Source of the DNA: Anthoceros angustus
Taxonomy: Eukaryota; Plantae; Anthocerotophyta
NCBI GenBank assembly: GCA_010909165.1
Contig: MU008193.1
Span: 62,001 to 126,000 of the forward strand
Direction: 5' to 3'
DNA length: 64,000 nt
The notes beneath the pieces are model-generated. The model did no database searches, was not told the origin of the DNA, and saw nothing but the letters and a program-made list of their open reading frames with translations. Positions 40,739-50,710 of this stretch are shown here, one piece after another (position 1 is the first letter of the stretch; each line of letters opens with the position of its first letter). Position numbers and translations under genes: made by a program.

Positions 40739-41235
40739 CTGCCCAGCTTCCAGGTCTGCTCCCCGGGAACAAGCCTGCAGGGCTGCTACAAGCACATGAC
40801 CATCTGGCTGCACACTCAACCTGCACATCTGACGATACAGTTGTGTGGCATTCCTATTTTGTCGTCTGTGGGTAACATTCGCCGAAGTGATGGCAGACCA
40901 CGTGAAAGCATCTGGACTAGCAACCCTTCCCAACACATCCATCGTTTCTTGCAACATGCCATGAGAAGCGTACATCCGCAGGATATGGTAGCACAAAAGC
41001 GTGTCCGCCTCAGACCTTTTTTCACAATAAGAGCATGGACTCGGCGACCCAGGACCCCGTCCCTCACATATGTCGTTAGGACTGTACAAAGCAAAGAGTG
41101 AGAAACAGGACATTCTGTCTGCACCACAGCACCCAGAGCCTCCACAGCATCTGTAAGCTGCCCCTGCTCACATGATATGCTCACAGATCCAAGTGTGACG
41201 CGCCTTTCGTATCCTGCAGAGCGGGGGTTACTCAC
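40739..41235 (-). pseudogene. PLS-class PPR gene, 5' part only, frameshifted
   Basis: CEQGQLTDAVEAL...GRRVHALIVKKGL / ADTLLCYHILRMYASHG...PDAFTWSAI...LYRQM...QPDGHVLVAALQACS. Confidence 0.8.
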
Positions 41236-41390
41236 AGGGGTGGTGTAGAGGGCTGCGATAGAGGAGTCTCAGGCACTTGCCGGGAGGCGCGCTGTGGTCT
41301 CTTCGCGCTGGCCGTCTCCTCGCCTCCCGACTACAGCAGTCTGCAACTTCTCTAGTACCAATGGAGTGAGGATTGGCGGGGCAACCAACC

Positions 41391-44130
41391 ATGGTGGATA
41401 CCCATGGCAAGCGAGCCAAACCGGCCTGGCAGCTGCAATACGAAGTGGTGGGCAAGATTGGGGAAGGCACGTACGGGCTGGTGTATCTGGCCAAAAACAA
41501 GCTTGTCCGGGGCCACACTGTTCGCACTGCAATCAAGAAGTTCAAGCAGTCCAAGGAGGGCGACGGCATCTCCCCCACCGCCATCCGGGAAATCATGGTA
41601 TCAGACACCTCGTGCTTGTTGCACTTCTCTTGTGTTGCTTGCGGTTCTGACGTGAAGATGACTGGATGCAGCTGCTGAGGGAGTGTATCCATGAGAACAT
41701 TGTGAAGCTGGTGAATGTCCACATTAATTACGTGGACATGTCTTTGTACCTGGCATTTGACTATGCTGAACATGACCTCTATGTAAGTGCTGGGGCTGGG
41801 CCTGTGTCTGTTGAAAGCGTGGATTGTTGAATTCCTCATCAGCCTGAGTTCTGAATGACAGGAGATCATCCGACACCATCGGGAGAAGCTGAACTTTTCC
41901 ATCAGCCAGTACACCGTCAAGTCTCTGCTTTGGCAGATCCTGAATGGCCTCAATTATCTGCACAGGTTAATAGACGCAGTTGCCCTACGGTTGAGCCTTG
42001 TCTGCTGTCTTGTGCTGAGTGGAATGCTCCTTTTGTGAGTTGTCTGTGCTGGTCCCACATCATCTCTCTTTGGTGCAGCAATTGGATTGTTCATCGGGAC
42101 TTGAAGCCGTCAAATATCCTGGTTGGTAAAATTATGATTTCACACACTCCAGAAGACAAATCCTTGAGAACTAGATCACAGCTGTTATTTTGTATGGGCC
42201 TCTGTGTTGCTTACTCTAGACGCTCACAGGTGATGGGTGAAGGGGAAGAACAAGGCGTTGTGAAAATTGGTGATTTTGGGCTAGCACGAATATACCAGGG
42301 TCCACTCAAGCCCCTCAGTGAAAATGGGGTATGATCCTTTGTCTCATCATAATTCCTCTTATGACATGCTTTTTGAAAATGCCGTAGGCAGTTTCAATTG
42401 GCTGTACATTGTTTCACGCACATGGCATATTAGGGCTTTGCAGCGGACATGCATTGCCTATTAACGCACTCGAACCATGTGAGATATCCTGTGCCACAGG
42501 TTGTTGTGACCATATGGTACAGAGCCCCTGAGTTGCTTCTTGGTTCCAAACATTACACCAGTGCTGTTGGTAAGCACCTCAACGCTCGTGCTTCGTGTAG
42601 TAGCAGTGTGTTGACAAACCTGAACATTTCTTTGGCTGGCCTGTCATGCGCAGACACATGGGCTGTTGGATGTATTTTTGCGGAGTTGCTCACGCTGAAG
42701 CCACTCTTTCAAGGCATAGAAGATAAAACTACCCCAAATCCGTTTCAGGTTGTTTCTGGCCTTAAAATGTCTCCTAGGTTGAGTTGCAGATTTCTACATG
42801 ACATCTGACCAATCTAGCCATTTGTGCCTGACAGCTGGATCAGCTGGACAAAATCTTCAAAGTGCTGGGTAATCTTTGGTCTTTCCTGGCATGGGGTGAC
42901 AAGTTTCATGAGAATGGCATGATGGCATCCGTGTTACTCACAACGCAGTTTCACAAATGTAGGGCATCCAACTGGAGACAGATGGCCAACACTTCTGAAT
43001 CTACCACACTGGCAAACAAATCGACAGCTTATTCAAGGACGGAAGTAGTGAGTGCATTTGAGCTTGCATTAACTAGCTGACAGTTCTATCCCTACTTTTT
43101 AACATGTTGTAAGTTGGATCTGTCCTTGTGGACAGTGAAAATGTGGGTCTTCATAATGTGCTGCAGCTGTCGCCAAGTGCTGCAGTGAAGAACCCTGCTT
43201 ACGATCTGCTTGCAAGGATGCTTGAGTAAGGACGCACAAGAGCTTCCTTGATCAGAGTTACGATGCTCTCCCTCTGCCTCTCATCCTCTCTCGGTGTCAA
43301 TGTCTGCAGATACGATCCGCTCAAGAGAATATCCGCAGCACAAGCATTGGACCATGAGTATGTTATCTCGTCTTTCGATAACAAACCTGCCTAAGGTAGA
43401 AGGTAGTCTTATATCAAAAGCTGTGTGGTGTTTCTGTTGTGTTCTTATTCTGGCAAGCTGAATTGCATCTCCAGGTACTTCAAGACCGAACCACTGCCTG
43501 GTCGCAAGTAATTCTCGTGCCTTTGTGATGTACATTCCTGTACTGTGTGAAGGCTGCCCATAAAATGCAGGCCGTCGTCGTAGTTCCAGCTCGTGACGTT
43601 GTATCCTTTAGTTCCCTTGTTCCAGGTCAGCCAGGTGAGAAAGTTGTGGCTTATCCCCCACGGCCAGTAGACTACTCCACAGATTTTGATGGCACAAGCA
43701 GCTACCAACAGCCCAGCATGGTATCCCTCCTCAATACCTTTTCAGTGCTTGAAGCAGCATGTTGTTTGATTCTATCAGTCTGACCTCGGATGTGATGATC
43801 AGATGGCTGCTGCCAGTTCCGCTGCTGCAGCTTCTGCTGCTGCAACTGGTGGCTCGGTTCACCATTCCTTGCAAGGAATGCAGAGAGTGCACAACGCCAA
43901 TGCTTTTAGCGTTAACGCGCAAGGTGTGGCCGGTATGGGAGCACACCACGTTTTCGGAAACCGACTTCCTCAACAGCAGGTCCGCTCCCAACGGTACTCC
44001 TAGTTTGCGAACAGAAGTTGTTTGATTGCACCTCAATTCACTTCTGGTCTCTCAGGTTCGTAGGCGAGATCCTCCTGGCGCGACGCAGGGATTTTATCAG
44101 CCTCCACCCAAGCAAACGAGACGGATGTGA
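41391..44130 (+). CDS. CDKE1: Cyclin-dependent kinase E-1 (CDK8 ortholog, Mediator kinase), multi-exon
   Basis: [35 protein letters not shown] (SPTAIRE is the CDKE signature), [32 protein letters not shown]; C-terminus PPKQTRRM-stop. Confidence 0.96.
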
Positions 44131-44443
44131 ATTATCGTCATTGTGATACCAACTGGTTGTATATTCTTCCACCTTCTAAAGCTAGCCATTCATCTAGCTA
44201 TTTGCTGTCGATATGAATCTCGGGTTGATACATCCACCCAGTCGCCTTCGTCCGATAATCAACTTGAATCAACTGGTATTGGGCATACTAGGATTGATGA
44301 ACAGCCTTGGAACGTGGCGCACTGCTGTCTCAAAGTAAATATTTACACGGCAAATGGACCGAAGACGAAAGCACACAGTGCAGGCTTGCAGACACAGAGC
44401 CAAGTTTGGTGCCATTCCACCTGACGGTGGAGCACTAGCAAAC

Positions 44444-45614
44444 CTACACCTTAAACTTCAGCAGACCCCATTGCTGCAGCTCACGGCGAAGTGAATGGAA
44501 AATATGGTAGAGCAGTGCCAGAATTGAGAAATTTCCTACGCTCAGATACAACCAAGGAGGAAGCTTTGACACAGCGAAAGCCAGCTGATAGACCGGGTAG
44601 AAAGAGAGGCTAGTGTCACCGACCTTCGTGAAAAGAGCACCACCCAGGATTACTCCGCTTAACAGAGCCCCGGTAATCCTGTTGGTGATGGAGGTGACGG
44701 AGGATTTCTGTGGCGCGTAAACGGTCAGGTGCGGCGACAATGGTCGATTTGTTTTGATGTTGGGTGCTGCTGTTCCAAACTGTCGTTCACCCTGCCAATC
44801 ACGGACAAAGATGTTAAACACTGGTCTGAAAAGTGACGAGACATGTGCACAAGACAGTATTCCACCAACCTTGGAGGAATCACTCTCGTTGTCCATCTTC
44901 TTGTAGACGGCATTCCCATCCTGAGTAAGCTGATCGGCACCCCCATAAGAGGAGAAACTCACTGCACGGCGAGAACAGGGTTAGCAATGCTACTGTATCC
45001 CTGCAGTATTTGTCTCCTGTGTGAGAAGAATACGGACCTTGAGCTCTGGACAGGTCGTTCATGACCTGTGTCATAAGAACCGTCTTCCAGACACCAGCGG
45101 CTCCGACAATATGCTGAGCTCTCTCGCCCCTCTGGTATGGAGTCAGAAGGTCAACCTAAGTAGACACGCCGGAACATAAACCCGTATCAAGCAAGACATC
45201 TCTGCAAACGTCACTCACAAATTGACAGCTAGAAATCCATTGGAAGCGATTACATTAAGTCCGGCCGGCTCCCTGTCCCGATCTGCGAAGGCAGGCACCT
45301 CCAGGTCCCCTGAAAAAGTGCGGGAGCCTGCAAACAGAGAGACAAAGTTAGTGGCCGAAACATTCTGCTCATTCCACTCGGACCAGCCGAGATCCGCAGA
45401 GTTCTGCAGATCCATCCATTCAATACCAAGCGGAACGAGACAGAGAACTGGCAATCGAACTTCAATACCACACAATCGGCAGAGTCCACTCACTGAAAGC
45501 GGCAATGGTGCCATTGGTAGCGGTGGCCTGCAGTCTGGAGTGGCCAGGGCTCCATGAACTCCTACATCCTGCTCTGCTGCCACTGACGAGCGCGGCCAAT
45601 GCCTTTCGCGACAT
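44444..45614 (-). CDS. SDH3: Nuclear-encoded succinate dehydrogenase subunit 3 (cytochrome b) with an N-terminal extension derived from ATP synthase beta; 5 exons, ~250 aa
   Basis: Exons 45614-45494, 45327-45254, 45155-45038, 44961-44870 and 44791-44444 are all GT-AG and sum to 753 nt with no stop. The last exon has NRPLSPHLTVY...SITNRITG...LYHIFHSLR. Exons 3-4 read VDLLTPYQRG...GAAGVWKTVL...SFSSYGG...TQDGNAVYKKM. Confidence 0.85.
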
Positions 45615-46012
45615 CTCTTCCTGCCGCTCGCGAAGCTTGATCGAAGAGCAGGAAAAAAATTTGTCGACGGAACGTAGCTCAAGAAAGACCTTCCTTCGCA
45701 GTTCGAACCCTGTCGTGGTTTGCGCAAGTTGGAACTCAGTCGTGCTGCCAAGTTCGAGCCCTAAAGCACTTACTAGCCCGCCAGAATGCAGGTCCCAGAA
45801 TTTTGGTTTCGAGAGCTTGTTCAGCGCTCAGCACAGCCCTTGCTGCTGGACTGACTCGATTCCAGCCAGCCTGAAGCAGAGTCGTGCTGCCAAGTACCTA
45901 CCCTAAAGCCACACATTAGTCCGCCAGAATTGAGATCACTGGATTTTGGTCTTAGGCAGCGGTCTTCGCCCAGCATAGCGCTGCTGCTCCATTGAGCAGC
46001 CAGCTTGCAGCC

Positions 46013-49000
46013 ATGATGACGGGACAGTCTCTGGAGCTCATGGGGGAGCGGCAGACTGGCCAGGACGTGCGCACTCAAAACGGTAAATTCGTTTCTTGTG
46101 AAGTGGTGCTCGAGTTCGTCTTTCTGTGAAGTCTTGTTCCGATCCTGGTCGTGATCTGGTCGTCGGTGGCCCTGGACTGTGGAAGTGGGCTAATTGTCTG
46201 TGTTCTGTTGACTTTTTTTGTCTAGTGATGGCCTGCCAAGCAATCGCCAACATTGTGAAGAGCTCCTTAGGACCTGTTGGCCTGGACAAGGTGCGCTTTT
46301 CTTGTAAATGCTCGATGTTGCCGCAGGATTGTTAGGAAGTGAAGTGAGCATCGCACTTTCACAGCTTGATTGTTTGTGGGTCACTTGCAGATGCTTGTTG
46401 ATGATATTGGAGATGTTACTATCACTAACGATGGGGCCACTATCTTGAAGATGCTTGAAGTTGAACATCCCGCTGCTAAAGTAGGTCTTGGTTGGCTGTT
46501 CTTCATTTGCATGTTGGAGGATCTATTCATTGGAGGTTCATGATGCAAAACCATACTTGCCCAGGTCTTGGTCGAGCTAGCCGAGTTACAAGATCGAGAG
46601 GTGGGAGATGGGACGACATCTGTCGTCATTATTGCAGCTGAGCTTCTAAAGGTGTGCTTTTTTAACCGAAAGCTGGGAAAAACTCTTCGTCTCTTGAGGG
46701 TCAGCATGATGAAGTGAATGTGGTACGTTTAATCGCAGAGAGCAAACGACCTGGTGAGGAACAAGATTCATCCAACTTCAATTATCAGTGGATACAGGGT
46801 AGGCTCCCTTACTCTGGTGTGGGTTTTGTCACCACGTCTTTGATGTGTCTCATCTCTTAGGATTGTTGGAGATAACCACTGTGATTGACTTGTGAGTATT
46901 CTTATTGCCTGAGCTTCACAGCTTGCAATGCGAGAAGGGTGTAAGTTTATTGAAGAGAAGCTCACTTTGAAGGTCCAATATGCTCGAACTCAAAGGCTAT
47001 GAATGTCATCTGCTACTTTTTGAAGTGTTGTGGTGTGAAATATCTTGATGCTGTATTCTTGCGTACAGTATGTTTCTCTCAGAAGTGAATCCTGATGCAG
47101 GTTGAGAAGTTGGGGAGGGAACCTTTGGTTAATTGTGCGAAAACTAGTATGTCATCCAAGATCATTGGTCCAGACAGCGAATTCTTTTCCAAACTGGTAT
47201 TTGTCTGACACTACCTAACATGAGGCCCGTCAGTAAAAAAGGCCTAAATCAAGATGTCTGCAGGTTGTAGATGCTGTGCTTGCTGTAAAGGCAACCAATG
47301 ACAGGGGTGAAGTCAAGTATCCAATTAAGGTGTGTACATCTAGCCTGGCTTCACCAATATCCCAGGGTTTTGTCTGGTTGCTGTTTCACGAGCTGGTTGG
47401 AGATAGCTGGCTCCTTTGTTGAGGAATGGAATGTCGTCTCCCTGCAGTCAATCAACATATTGAAGGCTCATGGAAAGAGTGCACGGGAGAGTTACCTTTT
47501 GAATGGATATGCCCTCAACACAGGCCGTGCTTCTCAGCAGATGCCCAAGCGCATAGTGTCGGCAAAGATAGCTTGCTTGGATCTGAATCTCCAGAGGACC
47601 AAAATGCAGATGGGTGTGCAGGTCCTTGTAACTAATCCTCGTGAGCTGGAGAATATTCGAGCAAGGTATGGTCCGAGCTGGCAAGGTTGCTGCTTGTTGA
47701 TTCCGTTTCAGCCAGCAGGATCCTAATAGGCATCTTTCTGCATCTTTCAGGGAATCAGACATAACAAAGGAGCGCATCCAGAGAATTTTGGATGCAGGTG
47801 CAAATGTCATATTGACAACCAAGGGCATTGATGATATGGCTCTCAAGGTTGGTATGTACATAGTTTCTGAAATTTTCAGTGTTAAGACGTGTGAGACGTT
47901 CAGGTTTCCACGGATTAACCATTGCCTGTTCCATCTGCAGTATTTTGTGGAAGCAGGAGCCATAGCTGTTCGTCGGGTTAAGAAGGAAGACTTGAGGCAT
48001 GTCGCAAAGGCAACTGGTGCAACCCAGGTAAGCTGATTCTATGGCTTCAGAGAGTACTTCTTCAGGATGTCAAAATGTGATGAAAGTCTGCCTTGCCTTG
48101 CAGATTCTCAACTTTGGGGACATGGAGGGAGATGAAACATTTGATCCGTCCTTCCTAGGGTCAGCTGAGGAGGTGGTGGAGGAACGTGTTGCAGATGATG
48201 ATGTCCTTCTAATCAAAGGGGCCAAGAGCTCACGTGCAGTAAGTCCTTCCCTCCTTTGCATCTCAATTTTGCAGCAGTATGGTAGAAGAGCTTTCTTGTT
48301 ATCTCAGGTGCATGCTTGTGGGTAGGTCTCAATTATCCTTAGGGGAGCCAACGATCATATGCTGGATGAGATGGAGCGCTCCATCCATGATGCTCTGTGC
48401 ATAGTGAAACGCACATTGGAGTCAAATTTGGTAAGTCTTGCAACACATGTCACCAGTGACCATTGCCACTCGCTGAAAGCCACGATGGGTTTGAATGCTC
48501 ATTTCAATGGCTACAGGTGGTGGCTGGAGGAGGTGCAGTGGAAGCTGCTCTGTCGGTTTATCTTGAGAATTTGGCCACCACGCTGGGTTCTCGAGAACAG
48601 CTTGCCATTGCTGAATTTGCCGAGGCACTTCTTATTATACCTAAGGTTTGTAAGAACATGGCTATGTCTTCCAATATCTTTCTGCGTCAAGGGAAATTGG
48701 ATGTGCTGAATTTGACCTACTTTAATGTGTCTTCGGTTGTAGGTACTAGCTGTGAATGCAGCAAAGGATGCTACTGAGCTGGTTGCAAGGCTACGTGCGT
48801 ACCACCACAATGCACAAACAAAAGCTGATAAGCATCATTTGTCTGGGTAATATTCCAAACAACACCCTCACTTATGTTCTAGGCCTGCAAAGAACAAGTC
48901 TGTAACAAGAGCACTCAGGTTGTTAACTCTTGTGAATGACGTACTGTGGACTGCAGAACGGGACTGGACCTCGTGAAGGGCGCTGTTAGAAATAATATTG

Positions 49001-49241
49001 AAGCTGGCGTTATTGAGCCCATGATGAGTAAAGTGAAGATCATACAGGTGCATCTCCGTCTGGCCTTAGTGGTCTTTTCAACTCTTTGCATGTCATGGAA
49101 TAATTCTGTTTGTCATCTTGTCGAGTGTTAACAAGAACCAACGTTTGCGGCCAGTTTGCTACCGAAGCAGCCATCACCATTCTCCGGATTGATGACATGA
49201 TCAAGCTTTTCAAAGAAGAACGAGGAGATGAAGAGGAGTGA
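46013..49241 (+). CDS. CCT1: T-complex protein 1 subunit alpha (cytosolic chaperonin CCT), multi-exon
   Basis: [94 protein letters not shown]. Confidence 0.96.
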
Positions 49242-49689
49242 GTTCCGGAATGTCCTTGCAGGTACAAGAGAGCAGCACCCAAATTTTGGACTTCTCGGTC
49301 CCGAGATTGTTAGGGTATGTGCTCAGGACAGCACAGTAACCAGCAAATTCGCACACCTTCACACGGAGAGAGTAGTCCCCTTCCACGTCACACGCGGCAG
49401 ATCCCGAGGAAAATCAAGGTTGCACTGTATGAGGACCAGCCATGCGGTATTGGAGTCCCCTTTGTTTTGTAGTTTACAATTTGGGGAACTTTCCTCATCG
49501 ATTGAGTATTCCGCTTTGCTGGTGGTCCGAGATCGGGAGCAATGATTAGCAGATCAGGACTGTAGTCTCCCAAGATGCTGCGGCTGTCCGACCTTCACCA
49601 TGATTCGTAACTAGACTGACTTTCTGAACGTTTTTAGTGGTTTTCGTCCCACCATGTAATTACGTTTTGTTCTTCCTGGGAGAAAACCT

Positions 49690-50710
49690 AGCTCGGCAGT
49701 CGTATCCTGCAATCAGGGCATTCCAGGAAATCACGTTTCTCTCTGGCAAGGCTTCAAAAGCCTGCTGTGCTTCATTCATGCTCCCACACCTCAACAAGGA
49801 GTACATGTCATCAAACTGCGGGCTATGAACACATCACCTTCAAGCCACTGTCCTTTGACCAGTCCGGGCATCTGTTTGGACAAGTCTGTCGAGCAGTCGC
49901 TGAGCAGCCTCTAACCTGCCACATCTTTACAGACATGTTTTTCCAACTGTTTGCACATATGAATACCTCAACTTGATGTCCTCCTTCTCTAATTTGTGTA
50001 TGAACATCCTTTTCATTCTCCAGAGCTGGGCTAGCCCACACTTAGTTGCACATGCTTGCAGGAGGCAAACAAAACAATAGTCACAGCATTGGGAACAGCA
50101 ATATAGCCCTCCTCATACGATCAACTGGGACGGCGAACGAGCACAAACGAGGAGCGTGACGAACATTACATCATACAGCAGTCCTCTTTCCACAATCTGG
50201 GAGTGCAGCTGCCTGCCCTTCTGTGAGGCACCAGTGCTTGTTCGTCTATTTCTTGATAACCATGTTGTCTTAAAACTTGCTTGCATCTTTCAGTTCACCA
50301 CATTTTGCATCTGCACCAGGCAGTTGCCAACACACACGCCAGGGGCAATGCCACTGTGCAATACATACATCACAGTGCACTTCTCTGCCAGATTCCAAGT
50401 CACCGGCACTTGCACAAGCTTGAAGGGCACCTACAAAAACATGACCTTCTGCCTTCACTCCTGACCTACGCATATCATAGTACAGGTATATGGGTCTCCT
50501 AGGTTTCCCATGCTTAGCATATGCAGAGGCTGTGGAAGACCACATGAAGCCATTTGGCTTGCCCACCCTGGTGAACACATCCATGGCCTCCACAAGCATA
50601 CATGCGCAAGATATGGTTCCCCAAGAAAGCATCCGACTCGTACCCGAGTTTGACATCGAGGTTATGAACTCGTCGCCCCACAACCAGATGCTCTGTGGTG
50701 ACAAAATCAC
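49690..50710 (-). pseudogene. PLS-class PPR pseudogene
   Basis: GRRVHNL...LGNHILRMYACG, GHVFVGALQACAS, GRQLHSQIVERGL, GDVFIARSL, CGSMNEAQQAFEALPERNVISWNALIAGY. Multiple frameshifts; the 5' end abuts a LINE relic. Confidence 0.85.

Noticed and set aside
44444-44962. SDH3 as a single-exon 172-aa ORF starting at GTG 44962
   Set aside because: The GTG coincides with a splice acceptor, and upstream exons with an ATG and presequence splice in frame.
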